Shown: positions 39,326 through 52,100 of the stretch, piece by piece
Numbering within the stretch: position 1 is the stretch's first letter
Layout of the letters: each line of letters opens with the position of its first letter
Origin: Antedon mediterranea
Taxonomy: Eukaryota > Animalia > Echinodermata
Assembly: GCF_964355755.1 (NCBI RefSeq)
Contig: NC_092674.1
Span: forward strand, 31,372,001 to 31,436,000
Direction of reading: 5' to 3'
DNA length: 64,000 nt
Made by a program: the position numbers and the translations under genes
Notes under the pieces: model-generated
The model's database searches: none
What the model was told of the DNA's origin: nothing
The model's input: only the letters and a program-made list of their open reading frames with translations

Positions 39326-42300
39326 ATCAAAAATCAAATCAGATTAATTGACCTAATTGGAATATTGTTCGATTTCTAAATTTGCATAAAATATATAAAA
39401 ATATAACTTAGACCTAATAATAATATAATAACAATAATCCAGTTAGTAGCAACTGTCATCAGTGGTCGCTGTGTTGGTGTAGTGAGTTATTGTCAGTTGA
39501 ATATGAATTTAAAACAACACTTATATTATCAATATTTTAAAAACACTGAATATATGGACATTATTATCTACACTTCAATTAATACCAGTGTTTATTTCTA
39601 TTAATATTATTACAGGGTGTCATTACAAAGGACTAATCACGAATTTGAGCATCTAAAATCGCGACAGACTGTCTATTGGCCAAACTAGATCTTTTGTTAC
39701 GAATTTCACAACAAAATACTCTCCATTTGCTTATTGTAAATATAAAAACATTGTGAGAGTAGCTAATAAAAGTTGTGATGTAAAAGCATGTTTTACAGAG
39801 GGTCATTCGAATTAGACCTGTCTTTGCCTCCTGGGTATCGGCTGTAACTGTAGAATTACTCTCAAGATTATAGTTGTTTTTAGAGTCGAATAGAATCTAC
39901 GGCTAAATGGTTTGGTTAAGTAGCGCGAAGGGAAGGCACTTTATCTCATCATCCATAGCATTATCTGGCTAAGCTAACTTGTCAACCGACTTTTTTCTTG
40001 CCCTGAAAACGGTCAAAATTTATTCTACGCTAATTTGTTTAATCGTTCCAAAAACATTTATTTTGTTGATTTTTCGAAATCAATAAAATCAAGTTTCAAT
40101 TGTATGGTAATGTTGTTTTTATATTCTAATGTTAAAGTTTTATTCAGAACATTGAAGTCACAATTCTTATTTTACTCTTATTTTTCGACAATGTTAGGCC
40201 TAAAGTACGTGCTTGTTTTTGTTTTGCAAAGATTCACAATTTTGGCTTTCGATTGGGACATTATGTTCAAGATCCACCACCATAGGTTCCACAACGACGT
40301 TTGGCTTACGTGCACACGTCATCGACCGTCTATCAATGCATTCAGCGCGTACGGTTTCCAGGCAATGAACGGTTTTTCCCCTTCTGGTTTTAATTTAAAA
40401 GTATACGGATCAATGAGAATAAGAAAGTGCAAGTGAGTGGTACAGGGACTGTTGGATATGAACAAAATCAACTGTGGTGTATGATGATTGAATGTAGTCA
40501 CAGTATAAAACACACAGCTGTTCACGTATATAGCACTGGACAACGTGGTACCAACATAGTATGACTGTTTACTGAGAAGTAAATGACCTATTGAAGAATA
40601 TGTGCTCGCCTAACATTGCGCATATTATACCCACAAAACAAGGGCATAAATAAGTACTCTCCTTGCCCATTTACATGCATGAGGGAAAACCTAAATATGA
40701 CGTTTCATCGCACCTTTAATACAAATTAATTGACCTATTTTGACTAACAGTATCATATCAATTTACTATAAAATTAACAAAACTCCACGATTTACAAGAA
40801 CGGCAGAAAATTAACAAAGTGATTTTTTTCCGGCAGGGGCACTAAAGTTGGTCACCAATGAACATGATAACTGTATAATGCAACATGTAACCAATTAAAG
40901 CCGACTTAGTGGCGTTGTTCGGTGGTTTGGCCCTCGGCGGCATCTAGCACGTTTCGTCCCGTATAGTTTCTTTAGCCCAATTCTCGTACATCAAGGCTAG
41001 GCCACCCGACTTTTACCTTGAATTTCGCTACTTGTGTGAGATACTTGAAAACGTGATGTAAGCCTACTTGAAAATACTGATTGTTTAAGTAAACAGAGGA
41101 TACCTTATACTTCAATAGAAAAAACAATCATGTAGTTAGCTTTGAGATTAAATTAATAATGGAATATCTGCTGGTCAGTTTATCAAAAAGTAACCATCAT
41201 GTTTTACTTAGTTACAGAAAATAACACGGAAGGTAAACTATACCATGCTTAAAAGCTTTCCGCCATAAACTTAGTCACATTAATGATGCTTATGTTGGAC
41301 CTGAATTGATTGAACCCCGAACCATGAGATTGGAACGCAAGTGAGCATAAATCATGCCACCAAGCTACAGATCATCCAAAACAGAAATACACTATTTGCC
41401 ATCCTATTGATTTCATACTGGAACGACTTTTGATTTTTAATCTGCTAACTTATGCTACCAACTGTACAAAGTGGTCTCATTAACGGTATAAAAAGATGTA
41501 TAATCTCTATGAACTAGTTTTCACGACAACACTAAGGGAACAATACACATTTCTTACTTTTTGGAAAAATAAGACCTATCTAAATTTATTTTTAAATAAA
41601 CGATTTGTATTTAAAAAACGAGTAGGTGTTCCAAGGCTGGCTAGATATTAAAAAGCAAATTAACTGCGAAAACTGCGTTATTTTTTAGCAAGCCTTGCAG
41701 CACCAGGGGCAAATTAAAGCTACAATATCGACTACAGGAATCGTTAGATCATCGATCATTGTCCAATAATACTGGATTCGTGTAATGGTTAGAGTGAGCG
41801 TACTGGCGGGCGTTAATGGTAATACGTAGAGAGCACGGCTAATCACCAACATCCCCTACAGCTACAACAGTATAAATGTATTCATAGTCTGCTTTGGACA
41901 TTTGTACATCGATCATTTTCTATTAATATGAGTAAATGAAGCATGGCCTGATTTTTGGTAAAACGACGTAAAGCGACTCATCCTTCGTACGAAATGAATA
42001 CCTTATATGTACGTAAGGGCGTGTAATTACCTGGTTTGTATATACTTTAATCTTTGTAATGAAGATATCTCCGACGAAAGCCACTGGTGTGAAAATACAC
42101 AAAAGTATCGTGTTACATACACACGTTATTAGCTCATAATTTAGAAATTAAATCCATATATCATCCGTAGTTGAAACGTGAATAATGTAATTTTTTGTCA
42201 GATATAGACTATATAGTATAAGAAACAAACTGAACGCGTCTGGCAAACAGTTGCAGACGGTGAACTCACGCGCCAAAATGTACAAATCTATTAACTATCA

Positions 42301-43189
42301 CGTTTGGGGTTAAAATAATAAAAAGTAACCAATTAACATTGAAATGTTATAGGGAACATACATTATAAAGCCTTATAGGATAATACTTTAATTTTTATAA
42401 GGATAGTTACCGTACTATAATGAATACCTAACATGAAATAATGTATTTCAATATCAACAGTTTGACAATGAATGAATTGTCACTGGCAACAGCAACATGA
42501 CGAGGTTTCACTAAATCTGTATGGTACAGATAGTAACATTGTATCTAGATACATAACATACGATATCTAATATCGTAGTACTGTAGTGTACCGTATACTG
42601 TATAGTAATACAGTATGCGCATTTCAAATTCAAACTTGGGATCGGCTATTGAAAAGTATAAATTCATAAATCTAAAATCTTTTCTATATTTTTTTGTTAT
42701 TTAACATTGACATATGTAATAATACACAAATAATTAATATACATTTAAAAGTATGCATAAACAACCCCAGTAAGTCTACCAATAATTGATAAGGTTTAAA
42801 AATAGATGGCGCTATTTCGTTTTAGTGATACATACCTAGACAATTTGCCCATGTTTCGATAAAATCCCTTTACGAATAATATCAACACACATGCATAAAC
42901 TTGATCTTACAACAATTCTATTAATTAATCTGGTAAAATATTCAATCAATTTTAAAAAAATGTTGTATTTTTCAGTGACTTCGAATACTAAACGTTTAAA
43001 CGACGATATTAAAATCAACATTGAATTTCGTAACTCTATAAATCACGCACGCGAGTTTTCCGCAGTTGTTTTCCGAAAAAAATAAAGCGAGATTTTTTTT
43101 CTTTTACTATTACCCACTTTCCTTCTTTCTGTTCTTCTTACTTCGTTTTCTCTTTTTACAGAGAAAAACACCTGTACATGTAAACTTAC

Positions 43190-43195
43190 CTGTGG
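43190..43195 (-). other. 6-nt microexon (CCA CAG, Pro-Gln) or recursive splice site
   Basis: Minus strand reads ccctttcccctttttccccag-CCACAG-GTAAGT. Confidence 0.45.
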
Positions 43196-45692
43196 CTGGG
43201 GAAAAAGGGGAAAGGGTGGTGGTATCATGGGTACTAATTACATAAGTGGTTGTATGGGTACCAACTACATAGGTGGTGGTATGGGTATCCTTGGATGTTG
43301 TAATGAATTTTTATTTAACATCTTTTAATGTTATTTGTTTTGAATAAATGTCAATTTAACTACCAAAAATATATTATATCTAAATTAATGTTAATTTCCT
43401 TGTAATTATTATTGTTTATTTCACTTAATTAGACCAAATACTAATATGTTTAGTAGAACTACCTAAAATGCTATTATGGTTGCAGACCTACCTAATACTA
43501 TTAAGCCTTTGTAAGCAACTTTTCTTGCAAAAAAAAATGACAACACTACTTCAAATAATGCTATATTAATAATCAATAATGTATAACTATATCAGTTCTA
43601 TAAATTATTCTATACTATATTAATTCAGATTTCAAAATGCAGAATTAAATTAAAAATAAACTGTATTAAAAACATTGATACAATTGAACATGCATCATGT
43701 TACAAATACAATTTAAACATATTCCCTAGACTCAAGAGTTACAATAAAATCTAAAATCCAAGGTTTTACTTTAATGAATTCTATAAAAGTGGCAATAAAT
43801 AAATTTGTTATTGGTGCCTGTAAGACGCCACTAACATAACATAAAAATATTGCTTGCACTTTTCTTCTAAGCTTGAACTTTCTCATAATCTAGGCAATGA
43901 TTTTAGTTAAATGGTTTGACAGGGTTGTTAAATGGGCAAGGGAGGATGCAAATTCCCCCGCTGATGGTGGGCACCAAGAGTTTCAGTCTATCAGGGGGGG
44001 CTTTCTGCCTACATATTTACCACAGCATTTTATAGCGGGTGAAACCTACGCACTGCTTTACCTCTATTGCTGTCTCGTAAGAATTCAGAATTACCGCAAT
44101 GTAATTAGATTAATGAAGTAAAGATGAAATGGTCAATGCTGAATGATTTCTATGGGCCACTTGCGGTTCATATAATTCAAAGAAGAAGATTAATTCATAT
44201 GTTTTCTCTATGTTGTTAGACTGTTTGGCAATTTAATTAGGTTTATTCAAGGAATTACTACCACTAACTTAATGTTTGGTAAGTATAATAATAACTATAT
44301 ATATATCACTTAATATTAAATTACTTGTCTATAGTTAAAAAAAGTTCTTTTAAATTTAACATTAGATATACCGTAGTATAAAATGTAAAATATTAGACAT
44401 ATACCATTTTTAAGAGAGTTTTAATTTTTTTTTTCATTTAGGTATATTTATTCATAAAAAGACATCAAAATACAACGGCAGCCAAAAGGCTGAAAAGTAG
44501 TATTTTACAAAATTTGATAAAAATATATAAATACATTATGTATAAAAAGTAAAACTAGTTTAAAAAAAAAAAATAATAATTTACCACATTAAAATTGGTC
44601 CACCTGTAAGTTAAAATAGTGCCAGCCTATTCAATATTCATCATTAATAAAAAGAAACAGGATTTCTTTGTTTGATTTGACAATCATCAAAATATAACTC
44701 ACTAACAAACAAGATTGTCTCTGACAACCACAAGTATTTTTGTTAGACTAAAGTTAGACAAGTATCAACTAAAATATGTCTCGCATGCCTAAAGCGAGAC
44801 CAATAAAGTATCTTGTATAGTGCTAGCATGAAGATAATGGCTATTCTATCATACTTCACAGCTTACAAATCATGTATGTTATTAATGTAATTAAACATGT
44901 AATGATCAATAAGTATGTAGAATATTATACCTCAAGTCATGAACTTGAGACATTAATAACACCACATAATGTCTCTATTCAATGTATTAATGGGACAGTG
45001 CTTAAACTAAATAAGACTTTACATCGAACAGACATCATTTTTAGTTTCTAACTTAAGTTTATTAACTAACTAAATTGGTTTATACAGTAGTAAATTTGTT
45101 TTAGACACAACAGATTAGAAAAATAAAAAAAGTTTTGACACAAAATGTATTATATAAATTCAGTTGTGGGTATTTTTCCTATAAATCTAAGTTATGATTC
45201 TATAAGGAAAGCAACTGATAGATAAGTATAGACTTACTACTGTCCTATCATAATGACCAAATTGTACTTAGGACCATTGTAATTACCAAGCAAGTCCCTT
45301 TAAGTATACATGCCATCATGGAAGTCATTTGTACAGCAGTTGAACAAGATATGTAAACAATAGGATACAAATGAGGGTTAAAAAAGACATCTATATCACT
45401 AAAATGAGAAACAAAGTAAAGATTCAAAAGAACATCAAGAGTAAATCACAAGCTTGTACAAACAAGGCTGCTGAGTTATTTGGTTCCACAGCATTTCTTT
45501 CTATTTTTGATAAATTGATCTTTTTTTTATTTTATTTTTTTAGCCACCAAACAAAGTTTTTTTTGTAAATATTCCTTCTAAACTGAGTCTTGTTATGAAG
45601 TTTGAGGAGGAGTGATGTGGCTTTTAGATAATAAATTCCTAGTAAAACAACTAAAGATCCAGAATTGAACTTAATAACTTTAAGAAAGTCAA

Positions 45693-46326
45693 AGTCTAAA
45701 ACCACTACAAGCTACAGTCCTACCAAACAGTAAAATAATGTATATCAAATACACTATTTACTAGGTGCTTTTAGGATCATTGTGTTTAATTAGAATCTAT
45801 ACTAAGGTATATACTTAATAATGGAAAGAAAAGGTCTTAAAACCACTACAAGCTACAGTCCTACCAAACAGTAAAATAATGTATATCAAATACACTATTT
45901 ACCTGTGCTTTTAGGATCATTGTGTTTAATTAGAATCTATACTAAGGTATATACTTAATAATGGAAAGAAAAGGTCTTAAAACCACTACAAGCTACAGCC
46001 CTACCAAACAGTAAAATAATGTATATCAAATACACTATTTACCTGTGCTTTTAGGATCATTGTGTTTAATTAGAATCTATACTAAGGTATATACTTAATA
46101 ATGGAAAGAAAAGGTCTTAAAACCACTACAAGCTACAGTCCTACCAAACAGTAAAATAATGTATATCAGATACACTATTTACCTGTGCTTTTAGGATCAT
46201 TGTGTTTAATTAGAATCTATACTAAGGTACATACTTAATAATGGAAAGAAAAGGTCTTAAAACCACTACAAGCTACAGTCCTACCAAACAGTAAAATAAT
46301 GTATATCAAATACACTATTTACCTGC
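45693..46326. repeat. 140-bp tandem repeat, about 4.5 copies
   Basis: AACCACTACAAGCTACAG at 45700, 45841, 45981, 46121 and 46261. Confidence 0.95.
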
Positions 46327-48796
46327 CCTTTACAGTCCTACAACAAATCTAAGCTTACTGTAATAACTAAATTTTAATAATAACTATTCATTCTAAAAAT
46401 GTTTATATGAAATAAATTTATGGTAAATAATAGTATAATTAATTTATGATTACATTATCCAAGGATACCCTGTTTAGTTTAAAGGACACATTGTATAAAT
46501 AATTAAATCAAAAGCGCAATCAGAAACACATTAATGTTATATTTTAGAAATATACGGTTTCAACTACATGCAAAATGTTGCTAACACGCATTACAAACAT
46601 AACACATGGCACAAACATTATTATATAGTAACACTTTGATGCATAACACATATATCAATAATTTGTGACATCTGCATTTGACTATTACAAAAATGTTTTT
46701 TCGTTAACGTAATAAATCGTTAGGGATCAAACATATTATTCTTGAAATTTCACCAACCACAAATTACAAGACAATGCGTACCAATGAGAGAACTATGTGA
46801 AACAACATGTAAATCTTTCGCCAACCCTTCGACGAATGCGAATATGAAACGACGAGCTTTGAAAAAAAAATCAACGCAAGCTGCTGGGTGATAAATCAGA
46901 AACTTATTTAGATTGAAAAGTAGCGTTGTTATTAAATTCTAGGTTGAAACTATAAATGAGAAATTGGCTTATTTAATATTAATGCATATTTCGCCATAAG
47001 GAGAATAGTGTTACTATTAACCTTATTATATTCTGGGCTGATAACTGTACATAGTAAACAGTTATATATGCTTCTTGGTCAGGAGAGTAACGTTCTTATT
47101 TAGTCCTAAATAGATCCTGAATTGAAACTTGAAAAGGGAGATCTGTTATTAAATTATGCGTGGGAACGTTAAGTTTATTCATTGACACGTTCTATTCAAT
47201 TTTAATCACAAAACTCAGTCATGAGTGGTGACAGAGTTCACAGTTTATTACACAATCCAAGGATATGTTTTAATTGCAGGGCATGAGCAGTCCAAGGAAA
47301 CATACGTAGTAAAGCAGCATATTAGAATACTCACCAACAAGAGTAACCAAAATAGTTTAATCAAATTCATATAACCATAAATTTTGATAAATTAAAAGAC
47401 CTTTATGATCAAAATAATAAATTCTCTATCCAAAACTAAAAATATTTATTATTTATAAAATATTGAGGATGCTTGTATCTGTTAGATAGTGTAATATGGG
47501 TATAAGTATATTAAATTACTCTGCACCTCTCAGAGATATGTGTTAGATATACATGCTTTGTTTGTATTTTATGGACTTTATTTCCAAAATGAATAAAGTT
47601 ACTATTTAAAGAGAGTGGTCAGTAACTTTTACGTCATTGTTGAGTGTCAGTGTTTCATTATATTATCAACTCAATAGTTATTTTTACATTTATATATCCG
47701 CACACTAAGAGCAATGAACGAGGATAATTTAGTCATCATTGAACTTTTTACCGCAATAATAACTCACTCATGATTTGGGACATTTAAACATCAGACTAAA
47801 TCATAACTGAAAGAACTGATTCTTTAGCTAGCAATATTTTTATTTCTCCTTTTCCTCGTTGCGAGCTATCATAAATTAAAAATTCTTTAGCAATGTTGCG
47901 GGAGACCTAGTGGAACCGAGAAAATTCTCCTAGTCCTCAGTCATAATTTTGTCAACAACAACAGCTGCTATTATCTACGCCAATTGCAACAAGTCGTTCA
48001 CGTTATCGTAACCACCCAATATAATTAACCACAGTTCAAGGTTTTAGGTACACAAACCCAAAATTGATTATGTTTTTTGTTATTCCTGTTATAATTCTCC
48101 TAATCAATTTAGATTAAAACTGTTTTTTTCCTCAGAAAAAGTCAAAATGGTCGTTTAAATTAATATATGTTTTTCTTTGTTAATTTGTATGTAGTGTTAA
48201 TTAACCTTCTGGTTATTGTAACATAATCTAAAATACAACTTAAAATTGTACAGAAAAACAACAGATATAAAATGTCAATGCTCTGTGTCGAGTATTAGTC
48301 ACTTAAATATTGCCCAGAACAACATCCTTGATACAGACAAATACTGCGAACTATGCGGTCTTATGAACACCGATTAAATCTTATGTCTGTTTGTTTAAGT
48401 TCAACACATTGTTCCAATTATCTCAAACCATACAATTTAAATGATATTTTTGTTGCAGTAAATTTTTGTGACAAGTGCATCAGATTTGTTCCTTAAGAGT
48501 AAACATTTTTGATTTAATACTAATGTTGTATTCAATAAAAACACATTATATTATAATTTAGACCTTTTTAGGAAACAGCTTATAAATTTTTTTTTGTGCA
48601 ATTTAAATTGTCCTTCATAGTTTTAACATTGTAGGATTGTCTTGTATTTTGTTTACTGTTTCAATATCAGTAAACGCTACCCATATCAAAATCTGCTGCC
48701 CTCTAGTTTCCTAGTCTCTGTTTCTCCAGTTTTCACGTCAAATGCTTCTCATATGATTCTCTCATTAGTTAACAGCTTTCATTACTTTAACACAAA

Positions 48797-48925
48797 CAGT
48801 AGAATTCCTATTAAGAGGACACCTTCTTCTGCACCTAACAAGGGGTGCCTAACAAGGGGTGCCTAACAAGGGGTGCCTAACAAGGGGTGCCTAATTAAGG
48901 TTGTCCCAAAGGAGGATTGTACTGT
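48797..48925. mobile_element. Tc1/mariner-type (CAGT...ACTG-TA) MITE containing a 14-bp tandem repeat
   Basis: CAGTAGAATTCCT...GGACACC...GTCC...AGGATTGTACTG-TA; CCTAACAAGGGGTG about 4 times at 48834-48893. Confidence 0.5.
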
Positions 48926-48980
48926 ATTTGTAAATTGATGAACATTTGAGTACAAATTAGAAATAATTTGATAAACTTAC

Positions 48981-49117
48981 TTTAGAATCAATCTCCTTGA
49001 ACTGATCCTCCTCTTCGTCAACTTCAAAGTATACTTCTGACGACGTGATAGATAGTGTTCCCCTGACAACCACACATGGAGCAACAAGAGAACATTTTGT
49101 ACTGTACACAATTGCTC
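48981..49117 (-). CDS. NBEA: NBEA/LRBA exon, start of the BEACH-type PH domain ([13 protein letters not shown]...[16 protein letters not shown]...IDSK)
   Basis: aaag acceptor after a T-run, GTAAG donor, 137 nt, phase 1/0; last standard exon before the giant intron. Confidence 0.92.
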
Positions 49118-52100
49118 CTTTTAAAAAAAAAACAAAAAAACCATTAAACTTAACAAAACAATTACCTTCAACACAAACTAAATTACATCAACAGAAAACT
49201 GTAATACATAAACATTGTTCCTTTCTTGGTGAAAATGTTTGTGTATATTTATATATGGATGGACTATCAAAAATAAATGAATAACAAGCATCACAATTAT
49301 TACATGCATTCTACAACTATAAAACTAATATATTGTCAATTGCCCATTCAAGAGGCAGATTTAGAGTGGGGAGTACCAGGTCCTTGTATTTCACTTGATA
49401 ATATAAAATACACAAACCAGGCACCCAGCCTAGTGTCGAAATAGGCCACCTCCCCTTTTATACACAATGCTGGATCCACCTGCCCTTGCTTACCTTCAAG
49501 TTCACTCTCAACATCCAAATCTTTATCCTCTGGGTTTAGAGCCTCTTCCTCTCCATCTTTCTGTTGTAAGTTTGGTCGCTTAGCTGCAAGTTGAGCATGC
49601 AGTGCTTGCTTAGCCTTCTCTACAATATCATCAGGTTGAGCTAAAAAACAAGAAACGTTTGTATTGAAGCTTTCAAATCTGGGATATACAATCAAAACCA
49701 CTTTACCTTTGATATAATATAACTAAAGCTCTGTATACACTATTAATCTTTATTTGACAAAAAATGTGATGTGGTCATAAATATGGACATGATGATGTTA
49801 TATTAGTACCATATTTGAGTATGTAACTACAATATTTAGGCACATCACACTTTTTTTGTAAAATTACTTTGATAGCGTAGACAGAGCTTCAAGACTTACA
49901 GTGTTCGATTGCTGCCCTCAACGCTGCTTCCTCGTGATGCGATCCATGGGGATTGCGTATCAGACGGCGATGACGTCGAGAGTTATCTTCCCACATATCC
50001 AATTTATAAAATTCTATCGGTCTAATAAAAAATAAAATTGTGGACATTTTGATATAAAAAATACAAAGTTTGCACAATCTATTTGTGATCAATTTTTAGA
50101 GATTGCATTTGTAAATATTACCTTTCTTCTCCTGGATTTCCCCATGCTCCGTGTTTGGTCCTCAGCATATCAAGTGCCTTTTGCAATGCCTGATTTGCGT
50201 AGATGTAGTCGCGTCTCCTAGCAGCAGTAATCAGGTGATCACACATGTTTTCTTCATCTTTACGATCAAGGCTATTCTGGGCACACATTGACTGTAAAAG
50301 ATATATTCAATATTAGTATTACAGTAATATAGACTGGGAGTGTGTAGTTTGATCAAATAAAATGATAGTATACAAAAAAAAAATACTAACTTCAAACTCA
50401 GCATGTTTTTGGACATCTTCTGCACGATGGCGACTTAAAATAAACTCTGCTTCGTTGGCGACTCGTAATAGATGATCCCGAGTTGAATGCGAGTACATTC
50501 TGCCCTCGTTGATCAGTTCAATAAACGCTAGGCCAGCATGCTTCTGGATGGAGTTCTGCCATTCTTGGGAGCACAACATCATGACTAGTTCTATGACCGA
50601 CTTTGAAGACTTCATACTGATCAAGCCTAGAATCAAAAGTAAAACAAGATTTAAAATATTACTTTCTATTCCTCCCTGATGATTTAAAAGATAATATTTA
50701 CTGACTGTACAAAAATCAAATCAAATCAAATTGTTTCTGTTTAAGTGTTATTTATCTTATCTGAGTTAAGTTTTGAAAAAGTAAAAAAAAAAAATTATAT
50801 GAACCATACCTTCAATAAGCAGTTCCTGTCCATGGCTTCCAAGCAAGGTTTTGGAAAGAAAGGGAGCAAAGTCCACAAAGATCTCTCGTAAAAGAGGTGC
50901 CGATGTCTCCAGTGATCTGGTGAGCTTCTCTTCAACTCCCATGCCACTGTACATGTTGTTACCTTCATGGTTAGAAGCACCATTGATCACAGAGGTAGAA
51001 TCTTGGTTGGAGTTTATCAGGGCATGTGGTGACGGTACAGGGAACGGTACTGGTTGGATGGCGGCACCTTCCGGATGCATCTGGTCATTTGTCGCTACAT
51101 CTTTTCCATCACCTTCCTTTGAACTACCTGTCCACGGCCAAGTCTGACTGGCTGACTTATCTAGTAAATATTTAAATAATTTTGTAAATTGACACTTTAT
51201 ACTCAAAATCTTTAGGTTAAAAGGTGATCAAGGTTGGAAGTGACACAAATAGTATTGTCACATTGAATTTCAATCCCAACTCAATATACATTCCACCCAA
51301 TGGCTAGTGCACAGAATAAACTGATTTACTTATGGAATAAACTCTATATCTTACCATCTGATTGAACAACTATAGATGAGATAGAGGCACTAGGAGCAGA
51401 CTTGTCAGGGACATCTTCTGCCACACCATTAGTTTGAGGACTTCCATCCTCTTGTTTAGAATCTCCATTGGATGGAGCCTCACCCACTGCATTCTCTTTT
51501 GAGTCCACAACAGAATTTTCAACTAGTTCTACTACTTGGCTTTCTGGTGTACCAACCGTCTCATCTGCAGGTGTCTGGCTGTTAGTTTCTTCCTCTTTGA
51601 CATCCTCTATTGGTTTTGTTTCATTTCCATTTTCAGTCGGCTGTTTATCAGCTTCAACACTACCAGATTCTTTGTTGACATCTGAAACCTCACTCTCTAC
51701 TTTAGAAACATCATTTTCTTCTTTCACAGCTTCTGTTTGTTTCTCCAAATCTACATCAGTTTCTTCAGACACTGCCTCCACTTCATTGCCATCTGTCTGT
51801 TTACTAGATTCTTCAATAGCACTGGTTTCTTTTTGATCAACGGCTGATGCATCTTCATTTGTTGCATTTTCATTTATAATTGCTACAAAAAAGGCAAAAT
51901 AATAGATATATATGTATATTTCTCATTCTCATAGATTTCCCTCATCTATTAAAAAAATTTTGTATTAAGTTGTATTTCCTTTTTATTATTAAATATATAT
52001 TTATTATTTGCCTCAAGAGTGCATTATTAGCTTAAGATCTGTGTAGCACAGATCTTAAAATATGCATCCTCCATGTAAATGTATTATGGATGGTGTATGT

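Larger units (their letters stand above)
1..48980 (-). other. Giant NBEA/LRBA intron (at least 49 kb) hosting mab-21
   Basis: The expected next PH exon (xLAYxEGLHGKW-like) was not found in the window; the other introns are 0.1-4 kb. Confidence 0.8.

Noticed and set aside
39430-39465. Minus-strand CUGAUGA followed by a 5-bp stem (hammerhead-like); similar partial hits near 706-730 and 20385-20410
   Set aside because: Each lacks the GAAA block, stem II or a closing stem I
41295-41370. tRNA-like A/B-box sequence (also GGTTCAAATCC near 23505)
   Set aside because: No cloverleaf can be formed; at most decayed SINE heads
49348-49493. ORF extension past the NBEA donor at 49494
   Set aside because: Downstream GT sites checked are phase 0 while the next exon needs phase 1; simple intronic read-through
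50851-51836. Ser-rich plus-strand ORFs (98 and 122 aa)
   Set aside because: Antisense shadows of Glu-rich NBEA exons
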